Positions 1 through 12,725 of a stretch of 55,814 nucleotides of DNA are shown in pieces. Made by a program: the position numbers and the translations under genes. Below the pieces are notes generated by a model, which ran no database searches, was not told the DNA's origin, and was given only the letters and a program-made list of their open reading frames with translations. The DNA comes from Octopus bimaculoides (Eukaryota), in contig NC_069001.1 of assembly GCF_001194135.2 (NCBI RefSeq), positions 29,815,549 through 29,871,362 on the forward strand, read 5' to 3'. Within the stretch, counting starts at the first letter, position 1. The number at the start of each line of letters is the position of its first letter.

Positions 1-228
1 TATTTCTTTATTATTAAACCTATAGCGGACAAACAAGGACAGACAAAGGGATTAAGTTGATTACATCGACCCCATTGCGTAACTAGTGCATATTTAATCG
101 ACCCCGACTCCGAAAGGATGAAATGATAAGTCGACCTCGGCGGAATTTGAACTCAGAACATAACGGCAGACGAAATACCGCTAAGCATTACGTCCGGTGT
201 GCTAACGATTCTGCCACCTCGCCGCCTT
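1..228 (-). mobile_element. tRNA-derived SINE, family A, near full length
   Basis: The minus strand reads aaggcggcgaggtggcagaatcgttagcac (A-box-like), then gagttcaaattcc (B-box-like), then a tail ending taaagaaata. About 20 related copies occur in the window. Confidence 0.85.
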
Positions 229-282
229 TGTCCGGTCGTTAGACGACGTAGGAGTGTTCGGCAATTGATTGCTGAACAGAGG

Positions 283-349
283 CGTAAAATGAAGTGCTTT
301 TCTCAAGAACACAATGCAACTAATCGTATGGGAATCGAACCCAAGATCT
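283..349 (-). mobile_element. SINE family D fragment
   Basis: The minus strand has gggttcgattccc (B-box) followed by gtgttcttgagaaagcacttcatttt, related to 10420-10570. Confidence 0.5.
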
Positions 350-528
350 CACTATCTCTGTCAGTCTATATGTCAATCTCTGTATATATATATGCTTGTG
401 CGTGTGTGCGTGTGTGTGTGTGTTACATCCTTCAATTTGGAGGGTTCCAAAGAAATGATTTCGAACAAAGCTTCTTCATATTTCGTTGGTAGGTTACTCG
501 CGTAAGATTTACGCAAATATGAAATTAT

Positions 529-723
529 TGCATGTATACGGTGTGTGATGAGAATTTATGGATAGGTATCCTATGGGAACTCAACGAACTGTTGGAGATG
601 GAGAAGAGAAGATGTAAAAATTTGAAAAGAATTTCTTCTTCATCTATTCTCCATCTTTAACATTTCGCTGAGTTTCTCTGGGATGCCTTTCCATAAATTC
701 TCATCACACACCATATGCATGCA
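529..723. mobile_element. Palindromic foldback (MITE-like) element
   Basis: Inverted arms of about 80 bp at roughly 85% identity. A 23-bp core is perfect: 540-562 ggtgtgtgatgagaatttatgga pairs with 690-712. Confidence 0.7.
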
Positions 724-761
724 CACACATGCGCGTGCATAGCACACAGGACAGGTTACTT

Positions 762-872
762 TGAGTTTGGTTGTTCCGGGATTTCAGTAGAAATCAGTTG
801 CTCAAGATACCATCGAGTGGGATTGAACTCAGAGCCATGTGATAGGGAAGAAGCTTCACACAGCAACGCCTG
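762..872 (-). mobile_element. SINE family B, 5' part
   Basis: The minus strand has ggcgttgctgtgtgaagcttcttccc, then gagttcaatcccact. Related to 12486 and 28975. Confidence 0.65.
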
Positions 873-875
873 CTC

Positions 876-913
<38 letters not shown>

Positions 914-1904
914 NNNNNNNNNNNNNNNNNNNNNNNNNNNNNNNNNNNNNNNNNNNNNNNNNNNNNNNNNNNNNNNNNNNNNNNNNNNNNNNNNNNNNNN
1001 NNNNNNNNNNNNNATATACAGACGAACACACACATATACATATATACCTACATACATATATATTTGCATATATGTACACGTGTGTGTGTGTGTGTGTATG
1101 TGTGCGCGTGCGGGTGCGTGCGTGTGCGGGTGCGTGCGCGCGCGGGTGTATTGCATTTATGGAAACGTGCGATGTAAATTCCCGCAACAACATCTGAGAA
1201 TCAGACAGACTTCTCACAATATGAATACGTGCGTTTAATTGGTTTGAAGACCATCCAGCCAGGGCATCAAATTTGAGATACTTCTCTATAATAATCTAAA
1301 TCACACATAAATGATCCCGCTCAAATGAATATACCCTTGAAATGTCCATTGCAATGTTGAAATGCAGGGAGCAAGATGTAGGGTGACGTAGGAATAGAAA
1401 GAAATTTAATACAAAGGGTCTTTCTCGTTAAGTTTTGTGTGATATCATTATTCTCTAATAAAATTGTATCCTTATGGTAGGAAGCTTCTGATATATTTGA
1501 TGGAATGAAAGACAAATAATACGGAAATCTAATTTTATGGACTTGTGAGTGATGCAACATAAATTGCTCTCATGTTCGATAATAATTGGAAATCATAACG
1601 TTACTCACACGTCTATTATCATCCTTAGGAAATTATGAAGGAAATCCGAAGCAGATGGTTTCTGAATATAATTTGAATGTGAAGGGAAATATATTGAATT
1701 TAAACCATGCGGAGAACCTTTATGATGTCACACGAAATGATTATAAAGTTAAATTTCTTCCGCATCTCAGACACCTTTGATGAATACCGAAACGAACATT
1801 TGCTGTGAAAAGATATGTGCAAACACTTCATTCATAAGTTCAGAGCACCTTCAATAGAATAAATTATATCAACTTCATCCCTTGCTTACAATTAATAGAG
1901 TATT

Positions 1905-2174
1905 TTAATTTGGGCACGAGGTCATCAATTTTGAGGGTGCGATATGCCAATTACATGGACCGTAATGCTCAATTGGTATTTATCGCATCAAACCCGAGAA
2001 TATGAAACTAAATATTTATTTCGGCGGAATTTGAACTCAGAACGTAAAAGCGAACTGGCTTGCGAACGATCCTGGCGTGCGAACGATCCTGGCGTGCGAA
2101 CGATCCTGGCGTGCGAACGATCCTGGCGTGCGAACGATCCTGGCGTGCGAACGATCCTGCCAGCTCGATGCCTT
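1905..2174 (-). mobile_element. SINE family A with an internal 17-bp tandem expansion
   Basis: cggcggaatttgaactcagaacgtaaa and the terminal tgccagctcgatgcctt match family A. The head region is replaced by a 17-mer array. Confidence 0.8.
2056..2157. repeat. Minisatellite, 6 x 17 bp (tggcgtgcgaacgatcc)
   Basis: Five identical units plus a first unit with one mismatch, and no spacers. Confidence 0.95.
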
Positions 2175-2249
2175 AAAAGTGGTTTCTAATTTTTGCGTAA
2201 GGCCATTTTTATTAATTTTTTTTTATTTTGCCGGTGGGGAATTCGATTA

Positions 2250-2445
2250 CAAGGCACGAAATTTTGGAGAAGGGGTCAGTCAATTACATTGAATGCAGTG
2301 CGCCACTGCAACTTAATTTATCGACCCCGAAAGGATGAAAGGCAAAGTGGACCTCGGTGGAATTTGAACTCGGAACGAAAAGACAGATGAAATACTTCTA
2401 AGCATTTCGTCCGGTGTGCTAACGTTTCTGCCAGCTCGCCGCCTT
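2250..2445 (-). mobile_element. SINE family A
   Basis: Contains tatcgaccccgaaaggatgaaaggcaaagtggacctcggtggaatttgaactc and ends ctgccagctcgccgcctt. Confidence 0.9.
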
Positions 2446-4564
2446 TCCGTGGCATAATATTATTCCAGTTGTCATCCTATACAGATTAATGATACATCCT
2501 CACTACAGACAGAATAACAATGACGCCAGTATATCAAGAATAAAGAAAGCACTGAAGATTTGGTTGATATAGTCCAGCAAGCACGGTATGCTAATGTTCT
2601 ACTCTTTCATCAATTCATCTATCTTTACGTCTGCACAGAATCTGTACTTTCTGACCGCCATTTATTGTCTGTGAAAAGAACTACACGCTATGTAGCGTTG
2701 ACTGCAATTTCACAATAGAATGTATCGTCTTAACCTTCTTCTGTGAAATAACAAACCATCACGTGGAACTGGATACTTTCATTTTTGGTTCATGTTACGA
2801 TAGAAGCGATAAAATTGAGGTAGATCAGAGAATAAACGGCAAAAATGAGCATAAATATTCAGGAGAGATAAACGTGAGAACAGACGCCAATAAAATGTTT
2901 TAAAGTGAAAGGGGGGCATTTTAGAATATTCAGAGAGTAAATTGCTTTTATAAGAAGTGGTTTTTGTACGCATCCCCGTAACCTAGCGGTTCGGACAGAA
3001 GGTCAGATAACTCTGGTAAATACGTATGAAGCTCCAAAAATATGTCGTTGGAACGAACACAAACAGCTTAAAAATTTAAAAGCATAATCATTCGTAGTGT
3101 TAACCTAAGTTGTTAAAAATCCAGATGATATTTTGAAAAAAATCACGTCAGAAATTGCGAGACACTTATTAAATTCAAATGTTATTAATAGTTGAAAGGT
3201 AAATGGTATATGGTAGAAACCACTATAGAGTGTAAACATTATTTGTAATATGTTTCTTCGTTGATGAAGGAACTGTGAATGAGGGCACTTCAATGAAAAA
3301 CGCGTGAAATCATAGAAGCTATAATAAAAAGTTTGCTTCTTTAGTCAGTGTAAACTGAAGAATTTTCAGTATAAGCATTAACATGCCTCGTTACTGCGCA
3401 GAGAGGAAAACGCTTATTACTTAGAAGAGTGTGTATTTCTATATCAGTAGTGTATTTAGATATGATCTCTTCTGACATACAAGGAAAGACAGAGCTATAT
3501 ATGCTTTAGTGAAAATCCTCTTAAATGGCCTCAACAACTTTCTGTGCAGTTATATCGTAAATTTAAAGCATAATATAAAAAAAAAATATAAAATCGATTA
3601 CATTTTGCGCATTTTACAAACGATGAGATCGAGCGCATTCAAGTAGACACAGTCATACATATTTATTTACAATTTTTATATGTACCAACTTACATAAACA
3701 TTGTCATTTATTGAAAAATATCCCGTTTTACTCTAACGCTAAACCAATATGAAGTTCCCCCTTTTTAACGCTTTTCACATATAATAGAGAAAACATGAAT
3801 ATATCATTTGTGTATGCATGTGAATAAACGTAGATATCAAATTGTGCACATCACGAATTTATCGACGTATAATTGATGCATTTTCTACGGTTTTGTTTTT
3901 GCCAATGCATCGAGTCTGCGGCTATGCTATTATATCAGCGGGGATCATAAAACCGAATGTGATTTTAATACCTTACTGATTCCTGGAATATTCAATCACC
4001 CATAAATTGCACTCTTTAATGCAATGTCACATTGACTTCTAAACACTGCAGGGTTTACTACAACGTTTTGTTCTCTGAATGTTGCTGTGTTTTGCCTAAG
4101 CAATTTCTGCGCAGTTTAGCTATTTGCTTACGATGCAAGATTATGGTCACCAAGTTATTTCACCACATGCGGAATCTATCACCTAAAACATCTCCATATC
4201 ACACAGCTTTCTCTTTAAAATGAGACGAAGTTGATGATATAATCATATAGTAAACGCGCAATAAATGTTGGGGTGGGCAAGTCTGAACATTCTTTAATCT
4301 TGTATTGCTCATACATATGTTATCAAAATTGTACGAAACACAGAGTAAGGAACAATAGAATAAAGGACAGCAACGCCTCGTGTTATACCAATTTTAGTAC
4401 AATACCCAAAGACGGTAACTCATGCTGATATTTTTTATATTTTTCATTGAAACCTACGTTTGCCTTGCGCACATTTCCATTCGCACTGCCATTATTTTAT
4501 CCTAAAGCGTATTAGTTGCTAGAGAGGATTATAATACTCGATATATTTGACAAAACTTGCAGCT

Positions 4565-4653
4565 AACTCATTTTAGAATCAGAGGAAACTACAGAATACA
4601 TCACACTGCAGAAAACTCATTTTAGAATCAGAGGAAACTACAGGATACATCAC
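4565..4653. repeat. Two-copy tandem duplication, period 49 bp
   Basis: aactcattttagaatcagaggaaactacag(a/g)atacatcac occurs at 4565 and 4614, with one mismatch in 40 bp. Confidence 0.9.
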
Positions 4654-6495
4654 GCAATGTAGCCAGAAATACACTTAAAAGAAGATGATTTTCAGACGGC
4701 AAGATTGTAGTCTTAAAGGTATTTGCATTGAACTACAAAACAATAACAAACAACTTGCAAGGAGAATATTACAACAAAGAGATCACCAGTGTGTGAGCCG
4801 CTCCTTTCTCTGTTAATATACAGGGGAAGTCAATATACAGATATATATGAGCAAATATATTGATCGTTCAAATATGTACACAAATGTGTATGGGCTGGGC
4901 GTAGGTGTTTGTGTGTATGCTTACGAGAAAGGGACTGAAATCACGAATAAATATAACATATTAACCAAACCAAACAATCGATTATCTGTTATTGCTTTAA
5001 CATGACGTGAGTGATTGGTTTAAATATTTTTCTTGTCCGTTGTAAAAATGGGGAAAAATCTCACCTGAAAAATAAGTAAAAAAAAAAAAGACCACGTATT
5101 TATGTAATTATTTATCGATTATTATATGTTTACTGTTTCCTGAAAGGAAAAAAAGTTTTATGTTATATTCTCACAGAAGCTATTTTTCATTTTCTTTGCT
5201 TAAGTATGTAATTATTCGATAAGTGTTGTCAGATTTACGACCACAAATACATAACCCTTCTTCGACTCAAAAGAAGCAATTCTACCATCACTAAATATCT
5301 ATGTTCTCGTAATGTTCACCGGTTGAGCTGTATTTACTGCTGAAATCCGTTTTAAATCTCGGTGTCAAACTGCATATCGCTAAATGTCATTCATTCAATA
5401 TATATTTTACGGAAATTATAGATGTGCTGTAAGTCAACAATTTGACAGTTCATGCTGGTTCTTATGCGCCATCAGCAGTGGGAATTTTTGTCTAATAACA
5501 CACTTAAAGCACAACAGCCTGCTCCAACTAACGGATGTCATTTGCCATCATAAATTACCTTAGTGTGATCCACGTGCTCGGATAACAACAGAATTTCCTT
5601 CGCAAATGATACCCTACTGTCTTCATAATATATCGTTAGATATACTAACAAAAATAAAGAGAGGAATGGTCGTAGCTGTTATTTGCTGTAGAGAATGGTT
5701 TGCCTCTCTCCCTGTGAAAAAAATGGTCTTTATATTTTGCTACGAACGGAAATCACATATGTTGCAAGTGTTCGCATCTTTGATAATGATAATAAGGCAT
5801 AAAATATTGCCAACGTTTTATAAGCAACACATACCTCTTCCTTCGAAAAAATGGATTCTAGCTTGAATTGATTTTAACTCTCTAAAGATAAGTATGCGCA
5901 TGAGACAATTACCGCTACTATTCGGTTATATATTTGAACGTAGATGGACTCACTGATCGTTACCTAATAATTAAGTAATCGATCTTTTTTTTTATATCAA
6001 TCTTATTCATTTATCTCTTCTTCATTTGCTCTCTTGCGGTTGTTTTATTTCCTCTCCCATTTACTCTCTCAAAACTTCTCTTGATAAAGTCGAGATCACT
6101 AAATCCGAAATCATCGCGCTGAGTCTTACCACACACAAAAGCATCGATCTAACTAGAAAAATTCAGTGTGACAGCCATCTAACCTTAGGAATGGCGTCTT
6201 TGGAAACCTAAAACGAGCATGAGTTATACTTTTGAGAATGGATCAATACACCCATATTTCGAATACTAGTGTTTAGGTATTATATGTATCCTCTTCTCTT
6301 TAACAACCAATATCAATCTTAATGTAACATTTCTAAACAAGAGCAAAACTCCGCCAACGCAAAACTGACGTCGTCTAACGATTAACCAGAAATGATTTTT
6401 AAAATGAGAATATCTGAAATAACCTAGACTGCTCTCACAAACGAGAATACTCACAATGAAACCGACCGCTCTAAATACTAATTAAATAAAAACAC

Positions 6496-6685
6496 GGAAG
6501 AATAATCCAGAATACTTTTCGGTACGTGCTCAATCCAAAAATCTTATCAGTTAGGTCCAGTCACAACCTCCCTCAATGTTTCATCCGAATCCATCCAGCG
6601 GTTCTTGAGATATGTTGTCCACAGACAAAGAAACAAACAAACACAATTGAAAACAATACCTCTGAGTTTCCTAAGGCTGGGGTAA
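6496..6685. mobile_element. Helentron-associated/DINE-1-like short non-autonomous element
   Basis: Contains tttcatccgaatccatccagcggttcttgagatat, an (AAAC)n-like tract and a terminal aaaacaatacctc...ggggtaa stem-loop. An inverted relative lies at 45150-45330. The family call is from recalled architecture only. Confidence 0.5.
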
Positions 6686-7329
6686 AAAGTAGTGATATAT
6701 GAATCATTATATTTGCTCTAAAACCTTGATGTGTTACAATCGGATCCAAGTTTCTGCTTACGAATATCCAGCATAATACAATTAAGCGAAATGATTATAT
6801 AAATTACAAAGACATTCGAGTGTGCTCTAGCATATACCAGATAAGTTGTTGTTTTTTTTTAAGTATAACTATGAAACGTTACTTTCATAGGTAATACGAT
6901 GTACGTTTTTCCATGAATGGAATATATTGTATACATAGAATAATTGTAAATTAACTTTTGTCAAATACTTACAAAGGATGATGAAATGTATACGATTATT
7001 TACAAGAAAAAGTATGTCTTATCTTATAACAACGTTGAATATAAAATGTTTCTCCTTCACGTATTTACAATAAATATATTATTATATTTCAAAATTTTTA
7101 TCATAATACTCGCAATCAATGCTTTGGAAACGTAAACATATGTATATTTTGCACCATACCAACTGTACATATACGAGATTTAACTCTTTCTCTCTCTCTC
7201 CTCTTGTTTCTCTTTCACAATATATCAATTAATCTATTTATTTATTTATCTATCTATCTACTTATCTCTCTCCTTCTTTCTCTCTGTATATATATTGTTT
7301 TGACAAAATATTAATGCGTAAGAAATAAT

Positions 7330-8086
7330 CAGCATGGAAATTAGGTGGGCGCGTCCTTTATGAGAATGCGCAAAACTTTTCGTGTCTGTAGGTTGCGCTA
7401 TTCGCCCACAGTCATGCATTGAGTACAGACCTGGAGAGAGTGCTGTGCGATTTCTTTCCTTTTTGAATGAAGATGATCGACAGCAATGTGTTTGCATGGT
7501 CAGGCTACCGAGAGGATTCAGAAGGCCTTTGGGGATGATGCTATGGTGAAAACGCAAATAAAAGTGTGGACAGTGCGCCACGTTGTGGCAGACCATCGAC
7601 TAGTGCAAACGACGAAATGATAGCAAATGTTTTAGGAATATTCTAGGAAGACCGGCGTGTGATTATTGAGGAGATGGTTGCCGAAGTTGGAATCAGCCAG
7701 GGTTAGTTCTGTCAGTTCAGTTCATTCCTCCCAAGTCAACCAAATATTTCTCATCAAGCAAAACACGGCACTTGTTCGTAAGGCTCCCTACTTCCTAGAC
7801 TTTGATCCTTGTGACTTTTGGCTATTATGAAAGCGAAAAACACAAACACTCACATTGTGAAAATTTGAATGAAGAAAGGGCATTAAGCAAAATTCGACGG
7901 CACACATCTACAGCATCATCAAAACTGATTTCCAGAAATGTTTCCAGCAGTAGCAGGAACGCTGGCAGAATTGTGTAGATTACCGAAGCGAATACCGTGA
8001 AGGAGACTGAATCAAACTGGTAATATTTTTTTTAATATTACTTGCTTTGTGGCCAAAGGACGGATAGCATTTGAGTACACCAGGTA
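7330..8086 (+). mobile_element. Mariner (Tc1/mariner) transposon relic, internally deleted and inactivated
   Basis: Translated pieces: IQKAFGDDAMVKTQIKVW; DSAPRCGRPSTS...EDRRVIIEEMVAEVGISQG (HTH region); KAPYFLDFDPCDFWLL (decayed PYSPDLAPCDFWLF); DFQKCFQQ*QERWQNCV...EYREGD*. A TIR-like end plus TA lies near 8085. The left TIR was not found. Confidence 0.9.
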
Positions 8087-9548
8087 TATCTACCAAATCT
8101 TTCCCAAGTTATCCATTTACGAAAACTGTTATTTCTTTCTAAACTTGCGTTGATGGGGGTCTGGTTTTCTGTATTTGTTGTCCATTGACTATGTAGTTTT
8201 ACCATCCTTATTATCTCCTTGCCACCACTCGTCCATGTTAGCTTTTCTGTCTACGTGTCTGTCTTTTACTACATCTTCTCATCCCTCTGCATAATTTAAA
8301 GCCTGATCTGTGAATACACCAACATATCGATATTTATATCGACATGTACTGTGCAGAGCTGCTGAGACATGTGCTCAAGATAAAAGCAGTAGATAATGTG
8401 ACATACGTTTGCAAATTTAAAAGTCGTAGAAAGTTTAAATACATATAGAGAAGCAGCCTGAAGTTACCAATAACAAGAAAGTTTAGCTGTAATATGCTAA
8501 TTTCAATCAGGATATGAATCAAAATTATTTAATAGTTTACATAAAATTTCAGAAAGTAGGTACTAGCCGTTACGAAAGAAATATGAAATTAATTTTAATA
8601 TTTTTCGTAGGGTGGGGATTAAATTTAGAAGATGCAATAGCAGAAACGAAGTAGTAATTTTCTGAATGAGAGTAGCTACTGTTGTTTAAATATTCTTAAA
8701 TTCATCCAGTGTTTGTGATATGATTCAGAAAATGAAGTTTCTAAGAAGTTGCGACACAAGATATTATAGGTTGGCATAAATCGAAATTAAGACATTTAAA
8801 TGCGAATATCGATTTATTTGGGTAGCTTCACATGAAGGAGAAGAACGTTATTCGTTGCAATTTTAATTCACATATGAAGTTTTATGTACAAGATGATTGC
8901 AGATATTTATTTGTAAGGACACAAGTACTCAAATGTGACATTTACAAGTAAATAATTATCTTTAAGTTCAAGGGAAACATAAGCGAATAATTTATTCATA
9001 CTAGTTTTATTATATCATATATGTAATGATGTTCTCATTATGCATCTAAGTATATTCTACTATTAGTATGTTTATAATGCGGCTGCTGATAACTTCTGTT
9101 AAATTCTACAAATAATTAAAGAGCTTCATAGAATACGATTTCAGTTGGCAGGAGGAATATGTTAAGGAACATCAATATTATAAGACACATTTTCTGAACT
9201 TTAACACACTCTCTTCAGGTTTAGTTCACTAATTCTGCAAAAGAAATGTGATGATAAAACGCGCCGTTTTGCATGAAGATTATTTGGCACAGCTGAGTAG
9301 AAATACGAGTCGTTTTGGTGGCAGTGTGGTTCGCAGTGTATCTAAACACACACACAGGTACACATGCACGCACAAACAAAATTTGCGCAAATGGATGGAG
9401 AATAAAGCAAAGAGAGTGTGTGGGTGGGGACCTTAGGATTTGATGTGCCAGAGTTTGATATGCCGTTAAGCATTTGTTTTGGCCTGCATGCTTATGTTCT
9501 CTTAGGGAAATAAATATTATTATTATTATTACAATTAATTCAAACAGA

Positions 9549-9740
9549 GAACTGGTAGTTTAGTTAGAACGTTGGGCATACTGTTTCTCATTATTTCTTC
9601 ACGATTTTCATTGTTCAAATTTCGCCGGGGTCGACAATGCTTTTCACCTCTTAGGGGTATATGAGAGAAACATTGGTCAAATAGTGAGGTCGATGTTTTC
9701 GGTTAGCCCTCTTCCCTAAAATTACTTGCTTTGTGCGAAT
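9549..9740 (+). mobile_element. SINE family A, decayed
   Basis: Contains gttcaaatttcgccggggtcgacaatgcttttcacctcttagggg. Confidence 0.65.
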
Positions 9741-9770
9741 GATTCAGAGAAGTATTATTCCAATTATTAC

Positions 9771-9970
9771 AAGGCGGCGAGCTGGTAGAATCGTTAGAGC
9801 ACCGGTGGAAAGGTTTAGCGGTATTTCCCCCATCTTCAGGTTCTGTGTTCAAATTCATCCCTTCGGATATGATTAAATAAGCACCAGATGAGTACTGGGG
9901 TCGATCTAATCGACTAGTCCCCTCCCGCAAAATTTCAGCCCTTCTGCCTTTAGTAGAAAAGATCATCATG
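9771..9970 (+). mobile_element. SINE family A
   Basis: Begins aaggcggcgagctggtagaatcgttag and contains tactggggtcgatctaatcgactagtcccctccc. Confidence 0.85.
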
Positions 9971-10419
9971 ATTAAAACTACAGTAAACACTCACTTGAAA
10001 GATCAGTTGGGAATATACACTTGTCAAAATAAGTAATATGATGAAATACAGAATACGTGTAATCATTTTAATTCAATTTTATCAAGTTTCCTCGTATTTA
10101 TACAAAGTGTTGAAATGAACACCAATTTCCGAAAGAGAGAATATATTATAAGCTCAAAGTGAAACTATATAAATGATATTTCTCACCTGTATATTTGTAA
10201 CATATATATGTTGTTATCTTTTGTATAGTTTATCAGTATAATCGCAATTTACTCCAACAAAAACTCGTCTCTGGAAAATTACAGGAAATATAAAATGATT
10301 ATTTTTTTCCGAATATTATACAAATATGTTGCGGTGCAGCTGACTAACGTCATGCCTTTCTCTCTCTAAATCTATCTATTTATAGATCTATCTATCTTTC
10401 ACTCAGCCTCTATATATTT

Positions 10420-10570
10420 GCGAAGAAGGGTTGCACGTGACTTAGTGATCAGGTTGTTGCACTCTTCAGCATAACAGTTTGATATCGGTGCCTTGCCCGG
10501 GCGACACGTAGCATTCTTGAGCAAAACACTTCATTCCACTTTGATCCAATCCAATCAGCTGGTCAAATGA
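10420..10570 (+). mobile_element. SINE family D, decayed
   Basis: tRNA-like head followed by ttcttgagcaaaacacttcattccactttgatccaatccaatcagctgg. Confidence 0.5.
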
Positions 10571-11619
10571 TAACAATGGCAATTTTCTTTTAATTGTGAC
10601 TCTATATCATCAGGAGGAGTTACCTCAACCTTTTCTATATTAACCAAAATGAAGTAGATTGACAAAATTATTTTTTGAACCAGTTGAAGACAAACAAGAT
10701 GTCGAAATATCGTTCACTAGATAACAATGGAACTCTTCTTTTAATTTTGACTTATCATCATCATCATCATCATTATTGTTATTATTATTATGGTGCCTGA
10801 TTTATTCTCACATTGCTGGAAAATATGAAACTGGAAACAAGGCAGAACTTCTTTATCCTATTTTTCCTCACCATAAAGAAGTTTTAGTCATGCAAAAATA
10901 TTATTTGTCTAAATATTTGAGAATTTTTCAGTAATTATTGAAATTTTAATTTTTACACAAAGCTATATAATAAGAAAGATCTTAATAGCGAAAGAAATAG
11001 CATCGTGATTTCAGTTCTGAGACTGGATGATCTTTGTCTTCTAGAACAAATCGTTTCATTTTGCGTTGCTACATTCCACGCAGTTGCAAATGGATAATCC
11101 TACAGAACTGTGTATTCATTTATAAAGGGAATGTCCAGAAACCAGCCTAGCCAGCGCCGTTGCTTGACTTGAAAATAATAATAATACGAGGAGACGCATT
11201 CTGACAAGCGGCGTTTAGTAAAATTCGAAAGTTTCGCCGATACAGTGGCAATCATTCTGCAGTGCATAAATTATAATAATTTTTTTTTTCACCTTTGTTA
11301 TATAGTTTGTATAAGCTGCACCCAATAATCAACTAGATGCATCAAAGAACAACACGTTTTTGCATCTAAAGATACAAACAGTTGAGAGGTACTTGCAAAT
11401 GGAACACTTGAAGTTCATCTGGCAATAAATTATTAAATTTCCAACTGAATCTCAGTCACTGCATAATCTCATTCTAATTTCTATGATTTTTTTTATTTCG
11501 GTTGACGAACTTGTATTTATCCTGTAGTCATCAATCTCAAAACTAAATATCCACTCTAGAAAGTATTCAACATAATATCGTTAACTGTTGATTTAAATCT
11601 ACATGAAGCAGATTTTTCT

Positions 11620-11850
11620 ATTGAAATTTTCATATACACCAAACAGGCACAATTGGAATTAGAGAGAAAGTCCTAACAAACAAAATTTGAATGCCAAACA
11701 TAGACGTTAATCTGAACAATTCACAAGGCAAAACAAAAGAACTTTTGAATGTATAAGAAACAGAGTATAACCTAAACTTCTTTGATATTTCAATACTTTG
11801 AATAAGAAACTGGAATTGAGAGAAGGCAATATAGAGAGATTCAGAACAAT
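11620..11850 (+). pseudogene. Possible Penelope-like reverse transcriptase relic
   Basis: The plus frame from 11691 reads ...ELLNV*ETEYNLNFFDISIL*IRNWN*EKAI*R. This resembles the PLE RT thumb pattern E.E.N..LNFLDI.I.R...L...IYRK. Multiple stops. Confidence 0.35.
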
Positions 11851-12485
11851 TCATCATACTGTCCTTTTATAATGACATATTCAAACAATCAAGATGTAAA
11901 TAGGAAGAAAAAATTTCGTCCTGGTTTATATATATTTAAGTAGCGTGCACTAGTGGATTTATTCAGTAGTGATGATAGTATGTGGCAAATATTAATGTAT
12001 TTCATATGTAGGTCAAGTATCCGCTGCTGTTTCTGTTGATATAGGTCAATGGTGATCTTTCGAAAAGAATAGATATCATGATTTATGCGAGATATCGTTC
12101 TTTTGATCAAGTGCACTGTATCTGACAGCACATATCTATCTATCTATCTGACTAAATCAACTGACCAGCTATTTTTCTCTCTATCTGGTGAATCATCGAT
12201 TGATCTGCGGTTTTTACTCACATGAGTAAAATGTCAAATGCATTTCATTCCCTCTCTCATTCCTGTTTCTGTTTATACAAGAAGTTGGATCTGAGAATAA
12301 TTGTCAAAATGTAAAATATGCAAATATGCAAGTAGATATTCTTATAAGCAGGAAACCTAAGCTTAGAATCTAATCTGATTGCCGAAAATGGGAATTCTCA
12401 ACAACAGGCTGGTAGGTCACTCAGTTTCTTTCCTTCGCTCACGTTCATAAATCACATTTTGATCGACCACTACCATACATAGACT

Positions 12486-12725
12486 CAGGCGTAGCTGCGT
12501 GGTGAGAATCTTGCTTCCCAACTCTATGCGTGGCATATTAGGGCAAGTGTATTCTACTATAGCCTCCGGCATACCAATGCGTTGTAAGTAGATTTCGAAG
12601 ACGGAAATTGAAAGTAGTTCATCGTAGACTATGTGAGTGTGTGTGTATGTATGTGTATGTGTGTACGTGGGTGTATGTGTGTGTCTTTGTATCTGTGTCT
12701 GTGTGTCTGTCCCACCAGCATGGCT
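12486..12725 (+). mobile_element. SINE family B
   Basis: ggcgtagctgcgtggtgagaatcttgcttcccaac, then gggcaagtgtattctactatagcctc, then gacggaaattgaaag and an internal (TG)n tract. Confidence 0.8.

Noticed and set aside
2056-2157. CRISPR-like appearance of the 17-bp array
   Set aside because: The units are contiguous with no spacers, derive from a SINE head, and lie in eukaryotic DNA.
6366-6373. Near-CRE site tgacgtcg in a slightly CpG-richer stretch
   Set aside because: A single imperfect 8-mer with no supporting promoter evidence.
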